Shown: piece by piece, positions 50,385 through 61,943 of the stretch | Position numbering within the stretch: the stretch's first letter is position 1 | How the letters are laid out: every line of letters begins with the position of its first letter | Assembly: GCA_013288945.1 (NCBI GenBank) | Contig: JABDAZ010000011.1 | Coordinates: 626-64,625, forward strand | DNA from: Bacteroidota bacterium | GTDB lineage: Bacteria; Bacteroidota; Bacteroidia; Chitinophagales; Chitinophagaceae | Direction of reading: 5' to 3' | Length of the DNA stretch: 64,000 nucleotides | Made by a program: the position numbers and the translations under genes | Notes under the pieces: generated by a model | The model's database searches: none | What the model was told of the DNA's origin: nothing | The model's input: the letters and a program-made list of their open reading frames with translations, nothing else

Positions 50385-53372
50385 ATGACCATCACCCGAT
50401 TGCTTGCAAAATTTGCATTGCTTTTACTTTGTGTACTCTTCACACAAATCGCATTCTCCCAAACAAAAGTAATTACCGGAAAAGTTTTAGATGACAAAGG
50501 AAGTCCTGTACAAGGCGCAACCGTAACTGCTAAAGGTTCTAAATCAGGAACTTCTACAGATGCAAGCGGATCTTTTTCGCTAAATGTTGCTGCTACTGCA
50601 AGAACTATTGTTGTCAGTTCCGTTGGTTTTGGGCAACAGGAAATTAGTATTACGGATAAAACATCTGTAAATGTTTCATTAGTGCCATCATCGCAATCTT
50701 TAAACGATGTAGTAGTAATTGGTTATGGAACTTCGCAAAGAAGAGATGTAACTGGTGCCATTGCATCTGTAAGATCTAAAGATTTTGATAAAGGGGTTGT
50801 GTCTCCTGAAGAATTATTAATAGGTAAAGTTGCAGGCGTTCAGATTGCTAATAATAGCGGCCAACCTGGTGGCACGACCATAACAAAAATTAGAGGTAAT
50901 AATTCCATTGTAAGTGGAAATAATCCATTATACGTTATTGATGGTGTGCCTATTGATGCTACTTCTCCATTGCCACCAAATTTAATTTCGGCCATAGGTA
51001 CGTCGCCGTCTAATAATCCATTGCTATTTCTTAATCCCGGTGATATATCAGAAATCACCGTATTAAAAGATGCATCTTCGTCTGCTATTTATGGTGCAAG
51101 AGGCGAAAATGGTGTTGTTTTAATTACTCTTAATAAAGGAAATGGTAAAATGAATGTTGATGCTGGTGTAAACTATAGCACATATGCAGGTCTAATGAGG
51201 CAGCCAGATATATTATCTGCAAGTCAATATAGGTCTGAATTAGCAGTTTATGGTCAAAAATCTGATTCAGGTTTAAGTTTAAATCCATTTAAACAAATTT
51301 TACAAAATAAACCTTCAACTGTTTACAGTGTTGCATTAAGTGGTGGTAGTGAAAATGGTAAATTTCGTGCATCTTTTTCAGCAAGTGATAAGCAAGGCAT
51401 TATTTTAAAAAGCGGATTAACTCAATATAACGCTTCTTTTAGTGGTGAACATTCTTTTCTTGATAAAAGGCTTAAAGTTAATTTTCAATTTATTGGCTCG
51501 AATTATACTTTGCAATCTGCGCCAATAAGCAACGATGCAGGAAGTAACGGTAATTTAATAAGTGCTGCTATGAACTGGAACCCAACACTTGCTCTGGTGG
51601 AAAATGGAGTTTATAATCAAGCAAATCCTTCAGGTCAAATTAATCCTCTCGCATTATCAGCTTATTCTGATGATTACTCTAATGTTACCCAATTATTAGG
51701 TATTGGCGGCGTTAGTTTTAAAATATTTAAAGATCTTACATATAATTTCTTGTTTGGTATTTCTACCGCCGCCGCATCACGAGATGCACAATTACAGGGA
51801 TATGTTCTTGGTACAGGTGCCCCGGTTGGTGGCGGAGGGCAAACGAGTGAAGCAAGGCTTTCAACCCAAACAATTACACATACCCTTACTTATGACAAGC
51901 ATTTAGACAATGGGCTTAGTTTTAGGATTTTGGCAGGTTATGAATTTTATCAAACGTCTAATTTAAAATATAACACTACAACTATTACAGGTTTTAAATT
52001 TAATACTACTGGCGGAGCTTCTTATCCAAATATTGCTTATTATAATGACATGGGAGCTGGTAATCAGGCCACTTTAGCCACAAATTCTGTAGCACCGCCA
52101 AAAAGCCAACTACAATCTTATTTTGCCAGAGGCGAAGTTAATTACAAAGATCGCTATCACTTGACTGCTACTATAAGGGCAGATGGATCAACAAAATTTG
52201 GAACTGATAACAGGTATGGTTATTTTCCTTCCTTCGGCGCCGGATGGAGCGTTCTTAATGAAAGCTTCATGAAGAAAAATACACTTTTCAGTACCTTGGA
52301 TTTACGCGTTGGATGGGGACAAGTTGGTGGCCAGGATGGTTTAGCAGCAGGATATTCACAAATCCTCGCAACACCTACCACTGCAGGTGGTGTTAGTCGT
52401 GCACATGTGGCTAATTCTGATTTAAAATGGGAAACTCTAACTTCTGCAAATGCCGGAATTGATTATGGGTTTTTAAATAATAGAGTATTTGGTTATTTAG
52501 ATGTCTTTTCGAAGAAAACCACTAATCCTTTATTTCCTGGAACATTATCAGAACCTCAGTCAGGAGCGGGAGCAACTATTTGGAAAAACTTACCCGGATA
52601 TGTAACAAACAAAGGGTTTGAATTTTCAATAGGAGTTGCAATAATCAGAAATAAAGATGTTACATGGAATGTAAATCTTAATGTTGAGTATGTGAAAAAT
52701 AAATTTGTTTTTCCAGCTTTAGGAGGTTCTCCATTGCAATTAACTGGTGGTGTTGATGGACAAGGTGTTTCTTCTGCATATGCACAAGCCATTGCAAATA
52801 ACCAGCCTATTGATGTATTTTATTTAAGAGAATTTCAAAAATTTGATCAAAATGGGATTGCTGTAACTAACGGTCAGGCATCTCATTATGTAGGAGATCC
52901 AAATCCACATGTTATTCTTGGTTTTAATACAGATGTGAATTATAAAAAATTAAGTTTACAAATTAATACCCATGGAACCTTTGGAAACAAAATTTTCAAT
53001 AATACTCTAGTAAGTGTTACTAATCTTGGAAACATTGCTAATGGAAAAAATATATCTAAAACATTAATTGGTACTCAAGAAAGTCTTGCTAATCCTGTTT
53101 CTGCATCTACACGCTTTTTACAAAGCGGTAACTATATGAAGTTAGGAAACGCAACATTATCATATAATTTGGGAAGCTTTGGTAATATAATAAAAGGTTC
53201 TAGAATATTTATAACTGGTTCAAATTTGTTTGAAATTACTAAATACACTGGATTTGATGCAGAAGTAAACCAAGATCATAATAATGCCGGAATACCTTCG
53301 TTAGGCATGGATTATATTGGTTATCCGACTGCGAGACAAATTACATTTGGGGTAAACTTCTCATTATATTAA
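50385..53372 (+). CDS. susC: SusC/RagA TonB-dependent transporter
   Basis: VVVIGYG, IRG..NPLYVIDG, LKDASSSAIYGARG, LKWET, C-terminal GVNFSL. Confidence 0.95.
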   Translation: MTITRLLAKFALLLLCVLFTQIAFSQTKVITGKVLDDKGSPVQGATVTAKGSKSGTSTDASGSFSLNVAATARTIVVSSVGFGQQEISITDKTSVNVSLVPSSQSLNDVVVIGYGTSQRRDVTGAIASVRSKDFDKGVVSPEELLIGKVAGVQIANNSGQPGGTTITKIRGNNSIVSGNNPLYVIDGVPIDATSPLPPNLISAIGTSPSNNPLLFLNPGDISEITVLKDASSSAIYGARGENGVVLITLNKGNGKMNVDAGVNYSTYAGLMRQPDILSASQYRSELAVYGQKSDSGLSLNPFKQILQNKPSTVYSVALSGGSENGKFRASFSASDKQGIILKSGLTQYNASFSGEHSFLDKRLKVNFQFIGSNYTLQSAPISNDAGSNGNLISAAMNWNPTLALVENGVYNQANPSGQINPLALSAYSDDYSNVTQLLGIGGVSFKIFKDLTYNFLFGISTAAASRDAQLQGYVLGTGAPVGGGGQTSEARLSTQTITHTLTYDKHLDNGLSFRILAGYEFYQTSNLKYNTTTITGFKFNTTGGASYPNIAYYNDMGAGNQATLATNSVAPPKSQLQSYFARGEVNYKDRYHLTATIRADGSTKFGTDNRYGYFPSFGAGWSVLNESFMKKNTLFSTLDLRVGWGQVGGQDGLAAGYSQILATPTTAGGVSRAHVANSDLKWETLTSANAGIDYGFLNNRVFGYLDVFSKKTTNPLFPGTLSEPQSGAGATIWKNLPGYVTNKGFEFSIGVAIIRNKDVTWNVNLNVEYVKNKFVFPALGGSPLQLTGGVDGQGVSSAYAQAIANNQPIDVFYLREFQKFDQNGIAVTNGQASHYVGDPNPHVILGFNTDVNYKKLSLQINTHGTFGNKIFNNTLVSVTNLGNIANGKNISKTLIGTQESLANPVSASTRFLQSGNYMKLGNATLSYNLGSFGNIIKGSRIFITGSNLFEITKYTGFDAEVNQDHNNAGIPSLGMDYIGYPTARQITFGVNFSLY

Positions 53373-53395
53373 TCATCATTACAACAATTATTGAT

Positions 53396-55036
53396 ATGAA
53401 ACTTTATAAAAATAAATTAAGTGTTTTAATGTTGGTAATCGCAGTTTCTGCCGGTTGTACCAAATTAAATGAAGGATTAGGAAATAGTAATTCGTTTGTG
53501 TATAACGCCACAGGCGGATCATCAAATGCAGCAGGTGTCTTGATATCTGCTTATGGTGATTTAAATGGTGTTTTTCACGGGCAGGATCAATTGTTCTCTT
53601 TAGAAGAAAATACAACAGATGAATGCCTAGTTCCGACCCGCGGTGGTGACTGGGATGACAATGGTGTTTGGCGTGTACTACACGCACACTCATGGGATGC
53701 AACACATGGTCAATCTGCAAGTGTATTCAATAATTTAGGAGCTTTAGAAGCAGATGCAACAACAGTTCTGGCATCAAGTCCGACTCCTGAGCAAGCTGCA
53801 GAAGCTACTTTTTTGAGATCTTTAGCACAATTTTATTATTTGGATTTATATGGTCAAGTTCCATATAGAACAATTGCAGGATTTAACGGTATAGATGCGG
53901 CACCGGTAATGACTGCTGCGCAAGCTGTTGATACCTTAATTGCAAATCTGACAGGAATTATTCCGACACTTTCTTCGTCAAATCAAAATTATCAAGCTTC
54001 ACCAAATGCTGCAAGGTTTTTATTAATGAAAGTTTTATTAAATAAACAAGCATTTTTAAACAGGGCTACTCCTGCGGCTGCGGACCCTTCTGATATGGCA
54101 CAAGTTTATGCTTTGGGCGCTGCAATTACAGGATACACTTTGACTACTAATTATTTTGACAATTTTGGCCCTAATAATGGTAGTTTTGGAGGTCCAAATA
54201 CTGGAGGTGTATCTACAGAATTAATCTTCGCTTATCCAAATAATGGCACTGCAACAAATGCAAACGGTACTTCAAATGGTGGTATTGATGCGCGTTGGAT
54301 GATGGGCCTTCACTATAATTCATGGGATCAGAATAATACTTATGGTAGTGCCGGTTGGAATGGTTTTAGCACAATCGCCGACCTTTATAATGCATTTGAT
54401 GCTACGGATACTAGAAAAGGAAATGTTCCTTATCCTGCACCAAACGCAGTAGGGGTGTCACCTGTTTCAGGATTAAACGTTGGTTTAGCTGAAGGCCAGC
54501 AGTTTAACGAGAGAGATACTATAATAAAGGACAGAAAAGGAAATCCTTTGGTTTTTGCACCAACTGTTGCTCTTACAGAAACAAATGTTGCAACACTTGA
54601 AGGAGACGGAATTAGGGTTATGAAATATTATCCTGATTATGCGCATTATACAAGTACAGCTTCTAACCAGCTAGCCTTTTTCCGTTATGCAGATGTAATT
54701 TTAATGATGGCAGAAGCAGATTTGAGAGGTGCAAGCGGAGGAAGCGGCGATGCGTTGACTTTAGTAAATCAAGTGCATTTGGCACGAGGTGCAGCACCTT
54801 TGGCAACAATAACTTTGGTTAATACATCTAACCTTTATGATCCTACAACCTTAATTGCAGAAAGACAAAAAGAATTATATTTTGAAAGCTGGAGGAGACA
54901 GGATTTGATCCGTTTCGGCGCTTTCTTGTTGCCTTGGGCATTAAAAACAGCAGATGATCCTAAATATTTGTTGTTCCCTATTCCAGCAACACAGTTAATC
55001 GCCAATCCAAATTTAAAACAGAATCCTGGTTATTAA
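53396..55036 (+). CDS. susD: SusD/RagB surface lipoprotein
   Basis: Lipobox SAGC, FRYADVILM.AEA, ERQKELYFESWRRQDLIRFG, QNPGY. Confidence 0.95.
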   Translation: MKLYKNKLSVLMLVIAVSAGCTKLNEGLGNSNSFVYNATGGSSNAAGVLISAYGDLNGVFHGQDQLFSLEENTTDECLVPTRGGDWDDNGVWRVLHAHSWDATHGQSASVFNNLGALEADATTVLASSPTPEQAAEATFLRSLAQFYYLDLYGQVPYRTIAGFNGIDAAPVMTAAQAVDTLIANLTGIIPTLSSSNQNYQASPNAARFLLMKVLLNKQAFLNRATPAAADPSDMAQVYALGAAITGYTLTTNYFDNFGPNNGSFGGPNTGGVSTELIFAYPNNGTATNANGTSNGGIDARWMMGLHYNSWDQNNTYGSAGWNGFSTIADLYNAFDATDTRKGNVPYPAPNAVGVSPVSGLNVGLAEGQQFNERDTIIKDRKGNPLVFAPTVALTETNVATLEGDGIRVMKYYPDYAHYTSTASNQLAFFRYADVILMMAEADLRGASGGSGDALTLVNQVHLARGAAPLATITLVNTSNLYDPTTLIAERQKELYFESWRRQDLIRFGAFLLPWALKTADDPKYLLFPIPATQLIANPNLKQNPGY

Positions 55037-55073
55037 TAAAAGCAATATTTCATTTTATATTTAATTTATATTC

Positions 55074-55108
55074 GCTAAAGGTCATTGAAAAATGACCTTT
55101 AGCTTTTT
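55074..55108 (+). terminator. Hairpin/terminator after susD
   Basis: GCTAAAGGTCATT / AATGACCTTTAGC followed by T5. Confidence 0.8.
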
Positions 55109-55144
55109 GCTTAACTCTCGTCATATCAAATTAGCTAGCCATTA

Positions 55145-58100
55145 ATGAATTCTCTTTTCAAATATTTGATAATAACTATTCTGGTATTTGTTATTTCCTG
55201 CAAAAATAAAAATGAAAAAAAATTATTTGAGCTGCAGGAAAACACAGGGATTAATTTTAATAATAACGTAGTTGACGGCAGGCTTGATAATAGTTTTCTA
55301 TTCCGTAATTTTTACAACGGCGGCGGCGTAGCAATTGGCGATATTAATAATGATGGCCTCACAGATGTTTTCTTAACGTCAAACATGGGCAGCAATAAAT
55401 TATACCTTAATAAAGGCAATTTTAAGTTTGATGATATTACAGACAAGGCCGGTTTTAAACAAGACAGCATGTGGAGCACCGGCGTTGTACTTGTTGATAT
55501 TAATAACGATGGCTGGCTAGATATTTACGTTTGCAATTCCGGGAACATGAGTAATGGAAACCGGAAAAATAAATTATACATTAATAACCACGATCTCACT
55601 TTTACTGAATCTGCAGCAAAATATGGCCTCGATATTTCTGCCTACACTACTCAAGTTTCTTTTTTTGATTATGATAATGATGGCGATTTAGATTGCTTCA
55701 TGATTAATAACAGCCCCATTCCTGTTAATACATTAAATAACTCTAACAGGCGCGATTTGCCTGATGCAGAGTGGCCTGTTGCAAATTTTTTAAAAGGCGG
55801 CGGCGATCATTTATTTAGAAATGATAACGGGCATTTTACTGAAGTAACCAAGCAGGCTGGCATTCACGGCAGCTTGATAAGTTTTGGTTTAGGTGTTTCT
55901 GTTGGCGATATTAATGGCGATGGCTATCCTGATATTTTTGTTTCCAATGATTCTTACGAACGTGATTATTTATACATCAATCAAAAAGACGGAACGTTTA
56001 AAGATCAAATGGAAGATTGGTTTGGGCATACAAGCTTTTCTTCAATGGGTGCAGATCTTGCAGACATTAATAACGATGGTTATCCGGAAATTTTTACGAC
56101 AGATATGTTGCCGGAAGATGATTATCGTTTGAAAACATTGGGCGCTTTTGATAATATAGATTTATACAATGCAAAACTGAAAGCAGGTTTTTACCACCAA
56201 TACATGAAAAATTGTTTGCAGTTTAATAATCAAAATGGAAAATTTTGCGACGTTGCAAATTACAGCGGCGTATCTGCAACCGACTGGAGTTGGGGCGCTT
56301 TAATGTTTGATATGGACAACGATGGATTGAATGATATTTTTGTTTGCAACGGTGTAAATAAAGATGTTACCAATTTAGATTTCATGGATTTTTTCGCCAA
56401 TGATGTTATTCAAAAAATGGTATTAACGGGCAGAAAAGATAAGACAGAAGAAATTTTAAAAAAGGTTCCCATCCATCCGATGTTGCATAAAGCATATAAA
56501 AACAATGGCAACTTACAATTTGCAGATGAAGGAAAAATTTGGGGTTTTACTGATGCATCTTTTTCTAACGGCGCGGCTTATGGAGATTTAGACAACGATG
56601 GTGATTTGGATTTAATTATTAATAATGAAAACGGCCCGGCATTTATTTATAAAAATAATGCTCGCGAAATAAATAAAAATAATTTCATCGGCATATTATT
56701 AAAAGGAAAAAATAAAAACACATTTGCCATCGGCAGCAAAATAAAAATTTATAAAGACAATCAAATATTTTATCGTGAAGTTGTGCCCAGCCGCGGCTTT
56801 CAATCTTCTGTAGATTATAAACAAATAATCGGTTTAGGAAAAATTACGCAAGTTGATTCCATGATTATTACATGGCCAGACAGATCATCCACAAAAATAA
56901 ATTATCCTGCAATTAATAAAGTACACATCATTCAACAAACAGATAGCACAGAAAAAATTAATAGTAATCCATTAGTAAAAATTGATTCATCATCCATGTT
57001 ATTAAATATTGTAAAAAGCAATTTTGAAAAACATATAGAAGATGAAAATGTAGATTTTTATTATGAAAGAAATTTACCAAAAATGCTTTCGCGCGAAGGC
57101 CCGAAAGCTGCTGTTGGCGATGTAAATGGTGATGGTTTAGATGATGTTTATATTGGTGGAACAGTTAATCATCCCGGACAGTTGTATATACAAACATCAT
57201 CCGGAACATTTGTAAAAAAACCCGAGCCTGCATTTGATCAGTTTATGGATTTTGAAGATGAAGCCGTTTTATTTTTTGATGCAGATGACGATGGCAATTT
57301 GGATTTATATGTTGGCCCCGGTGGAAATAATCATCCGCCAAACAGCAGGCAAATGCAAAACCGTTTATTTAAAAATGATGGTAAAGGAAATTTTACTTTA
57401 TTTGGCGAAGCATTTCAACCAACAAACAATGGAGTGAATACAGCAGTTGCGATTGCTTACGATTTTAATCATGATGGTTCATTGGATCTTTTTGTTGGTG
57501 GAAGAAGCGAACCGCGCGAATATGGATCATCGCCGCGCAGTTATTTATTTATTAATGATGGAAAAGGGCATTTTACTGATATTGCCAAAACAAAAAATCT
57601 TGACATTGCAAATATTGGAATGGTTACAAACGCAGTATGGGCCGACGTTACAGGCGATAAAGAAAAAGAGTTAATTATAGTTGGAGAATGGATGAGCCCG
57701 AGGATTTTTTCTTTTAATAAAGATCATTTTGAAGAAGTGAAAACCAATCTTACCAATAAATTTGGCTGGTGGCAAAGCGTTGCTGTTGCAGATGTAAATG
57801 GTGATGGAAAAATGGATTTAATATTGGGAAATATTGGCGATAATTTTTATCTGCATCCAGATTCTTTAAATCCTGTAAAATTATGGGTTAATGATTTTGA
57901 TCAGAATGGAACGAAGGATAATATTATGACAAGAACGGTTGATGGAAAAGACATGCCTGTTTTTTTAAAACATGAAATGGAAGAACAAATTCCATCATTA
58001 AAAAAACAAAATTTAAAACATGGCGAGTTTGCAAAAAAATCTATTGAAGATTTGTTTCCAGAGCAGGTTATTAAAAATACTTTGGTAAAACAATTTAATT

Positions 58101-58483
58101 ATACCAGTTCTGTCATTGCGATTAATAATGGCAATGGAAATTTTACTATTCAAAAATTGCCTGTTATGGTACAACTGTCTTCTGTAAATGCAATTAAATG
58201 TGCTGATATTAATGGAGATGGTTCTCCCGATTTAATTTTGGGTGGAAATGAATTTGGTTTTTTACCACAATTCGGCAGGCTTGATGGAAGTTTTGGGCAT
58301 GTATTATTAAACGACGGAAAAGGAAATTTTACATGGGTTAATCCAAAACATTCGGGCCTGCAATTGCCTGAGCAAATAAGGGATATTGCTGAAATAAAAA
58401 GTAAAGACAAATTCTATTTATTATTTCTGCGCAACGATGAATATCCTGTGTTGTACAACATTAATAAGCACACAAAAAATTAA
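55145..58483 (+). CDS. VCBS/FG-GAP repeat, ASPIC/UnbV (CRTAC1-like) lipoprotein
   Basis: Many D.N.DG..D repeats, NGGGVA, RGFQSS UnbV segment, lipobox VISC. Confidence 0.9.
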   Translation: MNSLFKYLIITILVFVISCKNKNEKKLFELQENTGINFNNNVVDGRLDNSFLFRNFYNGGGVAIGDINNDGLTDVFLTSNMGSNKLYLNKGNFKFDDITDKAGFKQDSMWSTGVVLVDINNDGWLDIYVCNSGNMSNGNRKNKLYINNHDLTFTESAAKYGLDISAYTTQVSFFDYDNDGDLDCFMINNSPIPVNTLNNSNRRDLPDAEWPVANFLKGGGDHLFRNDNGHFTEVTKQAGIHGSLISFGLGVSVGDINGDGYPDIFVSNDSYERDYLYINQKDGTFKDQMEDWFGHTSFSSMGADLADINNDGYPEIFTTDMLPEDDYRLKTLGAFDNIDLYNAKLKAGFYHQYMKNCLQFNNQNGKFCDVANYSGVSATDWSWGALMFDMDNDGLNDIFVCNGVNKDVTNLDFMDFFANDVIQKMVLTGRKDKTEEILKKVPIHPMLHKAYKNNGNLQFADEGKIWGFTDASFSNGAAYGDLDNDGDLDLIINNENGPAFIYKNNAREINKNNFIGILLKGKNKNTFAIGSKIKIYKDNQIFYREVVPSRGFQSSVDYKQIIGLGKITQVDSMIITWPDRSSTKINYPAINKVHIIQQTDSTEKINSNPLVKIDSSSMLLNIVKSNFEKHIEDENVDFYYERNLPKMLSREGPKAAVGDVNGDGLDDVYIGGTVNHPGQLYIQTSSGTFVKKPEPAFDQFMDFEDEAVLFFDADDDGNLDLYVGPGGNNHPPNSRQMQNRLFKNDGKGNFTLFGEAFQPTNNGVNTAVAIAYDFNHDGSLDLFVGGRSEPREYGSSPRSYLFINDGKGHFTDIAKTKNLDIANIGMVTNAVWADVTGDKEKELIIVGEWMSPRIFSFNKDHFEEVKTNLTNKFGWWQSVAVADVNGDGKMDLILGNIGDNFYLHPDSLNPVKLWVNDFDQNGTKDNIMTRTVDGKDMPVFLKHEMEEQIPSLKKQNLKHGEFAKKSIEDLFPEQVIKNTLVKQFNYTSSVIAINNGNGNFTIQKLPVMVQLSSVNAIKCADINGDGSPDLILGGNEFGFLPQFGRLDGSFGHVLLNDGKGNFTWVNPKHSGLQLPEQIRDIAEIKSKDKFYLLFLRNDEYPVLYNINKHTKN

Positions 58484-58566
58484 TTCATTTTTGCGTATTT
58501 TAAAATATCGTATTTTTCATTTTCATCTTTTCAATTGAAAAGCAACATCATATTAATGGCTTGTTT

Positions 58567-61500
58567 ATGATTCGGTTTTTGAGGAAAATTTTTACTTGTG
58601 TTGCTGTAATTGCCTGCATCATTTATTTAACGGGATGTCTTTCTTCAACAAAAAAAGAACCATCGGTTTTTGAATTATTAGACAGTACAAAAACCGGGAT
58701 AAATTTTATTAATAAACTAACTCCAACACAGGAATTTAATGTTTTTAAATACATGTATTATTATAATGGCGGCGGCGTTGGCGCTGGCGATTTTAATAAT
58801 GATGGAAAGATTGATTTATTTTTTGCAGCCAACCAGGGCAATAATAAATTATTCCTGAACAATGGTTCATTACAATTTAAAGATGTAACTGCAGAAGCAA
58901 AAATTCCTGAAGATGGTGGATGGTCAACCGGCGTTTCTGTTGTTGATATTAATAATGATGGCTTGCTTGATATTTATATTTGCCGCGTTGGAAATTTTGA
59001 AGTTTTACAAAGCCATAATCAATTATTAATATGCCAGGGCATTGATAAAAACGGTGTTCCGTTTTATAAAGATGAAGCAAAAGAATATGGTTTAGATTTT
59101 TCCGGTTTCAGTACGCAAGCTGTTTTTTTTGATTACGATATGGATGGTGATTTGGATATGTATTTACTAAATCACTCCACGCATCAAAACAGAAATTATG
59201 GGCCACGCAAAGAAAAATTAAAAGTCTTTAATCCACTCACTGGCGATCGTTTATACAGAAACGATGGTGGTAAAAAATTTACTGACGTAACAAAACAATC
59301 AGGTATTAATAGCTCTATAATTGGCTATGGGCTTGGTATTGCAGCTGCTGATATTAATTTTGACGGTTATCCTGATTTGTATGTTGGTAATGATTTTCAT
59401 GAAAATGATTACATGTATATTAACCAGCACGATGGAACATTTAAAGATGAATTGACAGATCGCATAATGCACACGAGCCAGTTTTCAATGGGTGTTGATG
59501 TGGCCGATGCAACCAACGATGGCTATCCGGAAATTATGACAATGGATATGTTGCCATCTGATCCATATATTTTAAAACGATCAGAAGGTGATGATGAGCT
59601 GGATATTTTTAATCTTAAAATTGGCTTCGGATATAATTACCAGTACACGAGAAATAATTTACAATACAACCGCCGCAATGGAATGTTTAGTGAAGTTGGT
59701 TTGTATGCAGGCGTGTATGCAACCGATTGGTCGTGGTCGCCATTGTGGTTTGATTTTGATAATGATGGTTTGAAAGATTTATTTATATCAAACGGAATTC
59801 CTAAAAGATTAAATGATATTGATTACATCAACTTTGTGGAGAATGCGGAGATACAACAAAAAATGAAGTCTGAAAGCCTTGGCCAGCGCGACCTTGACCT
59901 GATTGATAAATTTCCGCAGATAAAATTGCCGAGTAAATTTTTTAAAAATAATGGCAACTTACAATTTACTGATTTAGAAAACCAGGTTGGCAATGCAAAA
60001 CATACCTATTCAAACGGTGCTGTATATGCCGACTTTGATAATGACGGAGATTTAGATGTGCTTGTAAATAACATTGATGATCCTGCGATGTTGTATGAAA
60101 ATAAAAGCAACGATAAAAAAGACAAAGCTTTTGTTGAAATAAAATTAAAAGGGCCTTCGCAAAATATTAATGCGCTCGGCGCAAAAATAATTATGTATGC
60201 AAATGGCGGCATACGCACATATGAAAAATATCCTGTGCGCGGTTTTTTATCAAGTGCAGAAATTCCCATTCATGTTGGTTTGAATAAAACAACAATTGAT
60301 TCTGCATTTTTAATATGGCCAGATAATACTTTTCAACCCATAAAATTAGCAGCCAATAATCCGTGGGTGACGATCAGTTATCAAAAAAATCTTCCAAAAT
60401 TTAATTATAAAAATATCACAGAGCATTGGAAAAATCCAACAAAGCCAATGAAGGATATTACTGCGCAAACAAACTTGTTGCACAAGCATGAAGAAAATGA
60501 TTTTCATGAGTTTGATCGCGAACCATTAATACCACATATGCTTTCAACAGAAGGCCCGGCGCTTGTTGTTGGCGATTTCAATAAAGATGGTTTGGATGAT
60601 GTTTTTATTGGTTCATCAAAATGGAAAAAAAGTGTAATCTTTTTGCAGGATAAAGATGGAAAATTTATAAAAACAAATCAGCCAGATATTGAGAACGACA
60701 GTACAAAAGAAGATGTTGATGCATGCATTGCAGATGTTAACCATGATGGAAATAATGATTTGATAATTGCAAGTGGAGGTAATGAATTTTATGGGCCTGA
60801 TCAAAACCTTACTCCACGTGTTTATCTAAATGATGGCAAAGGAAATTTTAAAAAACGCGAGCATGCTTTTGATAGTTTGTTTATTAATGCATCATGTGTT
60901 GTTCCTTTTGATTTTAATAATGATGGTTATCCTGATTTATTTATTGGTGGAAGATCTGTTCCATTTAATTACGGGCAAATTCCTAAATCATATCTCTTAC
61001 AAAATGATGGCACCGGCCATTTTTCGGATGTAACAGAAAAGTATAATAAAGAGTTATCGAATATTGGTTTTGTTACAAAAGCTTTGTGGTTTGATATTAA
61101 TAAAGATGGAAAAAAAGATTTAATAATTTCATTGGAATGGGGCGGCATTGTTGCGTTTATTAATAACAATGGATCGTTTACAAAAAAAATATTAACAGAT
61201 AAAAAAGGCTGGTGGAATTTTATATTGCCTGTTGATTTAAACCACGATGGAAATATAGATTTGATTGCGGGAAACCTCGGGTTGAACAGCCGTTTAAAAG
61301 CTTCTGATAAAGAACCGGTGAAATTATATTATTATGATTTTGATGGAAACGGAACCAAAGAACAAGTACTTACTTATTATTTAAAAGGCCGCGAATTGCC
61401 ATTTGCAAATAAAGATGAATTGGAAAAACAAATGCCTGCAATGAAAAAGAAATTTTTATATGCAGAAGATTTTGCCAAAGCAACATTGCAGGATCTTTTC

Positions 61501-61908
61501 TCTTCATCAAAACTGGATAAGGCAGATGTATTAACAGCAAATTATTTCAGCAATGCAGTATTAATAAATGATGGCAATTTAAATTTTACAGTAAAAGCTT
61601 TGCCGTGGGAAGCGCAATTATCTCCATATAAAGATGCGGTTATTGTAAATGCAAATGATGATAGTTTGCCTGATATTTTATTGGTAGGAAATTATTATGA
61701 AAACAACATCCAGATGGGAAGATATGATGCAGATTTTGGAACCATGCTGGTTAATAAAGGACAAGGAAATTTTACCGTAGAAAGTATTAATGGCTTACAA
61801 ATAAAAGGACAGGTTCGGCACATCAGCAAAATAAATATCGCAAAAAAAGAAGCATTTATATTGGCAAGAAATAATGATAGTACAATGATTATTCAATTTA
61901 AAAAGTAA
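58567..61908 (+). CDS. Second VCBS/FG-GAP repeat, ASPIC/UnbV lipoprotein (paralog)
   Basis: Same architecture: NGGGVG, ATDWSW, RGFLSS; lipobox LTGC. Confidence 0.9.
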   Translation: MIRFLRKIFTCVAVIACIIYLTGCLSSTKKEPSVFELLDSTKTGINFINKLTPTQEFNVFKYMYYYNGGGVGAGDFNNDGKIDLFFAANQGNNKLFLNNGSLQFKDVTAEAKIPEDGGWSTGVSVVDINNDGLLDIYICRVGNFEVLQSHNQLLICQGIDKNGVPFYKDEAKEYGLDFSGFSTQAVFFDYDMDGDLDMYLLNHSTHQNRNYGPRKEKLKVFNPLTGDRLYRNDGGKKFTDVTKQSGINSSIIGYGLGIAAADINFDGYPDLYVGNDFHENDYMYINQHDGTFKDELTDRIMHTSQFSMGVDVADATNDGYPEIMTMDMLPSDPYILKRSEGDDELDIFNLKIGFGYNYQYTRNNLQYNRRNGMFSEVGLYAGVYATDWSWSPLWFDFDNDGLKDLFISNGIPKRLNDIDYINFVENAEIQQKMKSESLGQRDLDLIDKFPQIKLPSKFFKNNGNLQFTDLENQVGNAKHTYSNGAVYADFDNDGDLDVLVNNIDDPAMLYENKSNDKKDKAFVEIKLKGPSQNINALGAKIIMYANGGIRTYEKYPVRGFLSSAEIPIHVGLNKTTIDSAFLIWPDNTFQPIKLAANNPWVTISYQKNLPKFNYKNITEHWKNPTKPMKDITAQTNLLHKHEENDFHEFDREPLIPHMLSTEGPALVVGDFNKDGLDDVFIGSSKWKKSVIFLQDKDGKFIKTNQPDIENDSTKEDVDACIADVNHDGNNDLIIASGGNEFYGPDQNLTPRVYLNDGKGNFKKREHAFDSLFINASCVVPFDFNNDGYPDLFIGGRSVPFNYGQIPKSYLLQNDGTGHFSDVTEKYNKELSNIGFVTKALWFDINKDGKKDLIISLEWGGIVAFINNNGSFTKKILTDKKGWWNFILPVDLNHDGNIDLIAGNLGLNSRLKASDKEPVKLYYYDFDGNGTKEQVLTYYLKGRELPFANKDELEKQMPAMKKKFLYAEDFAKATLQDLFSSSKLDKADVLTANYFSNAVLINDGNLNFTVKALPWEAQLSPYKDAVIVNANDDSLPDILLVGNYYENNIQMGRYDADFGTMLVNKGQGNFTVESINGLQIKGQVRHISKINIAKKEAFILARNNDSTMIIQFKK

Positions 61909-61943
61909 GATGAAGAAAAAATTGTATTAATAAATAATAAAGA

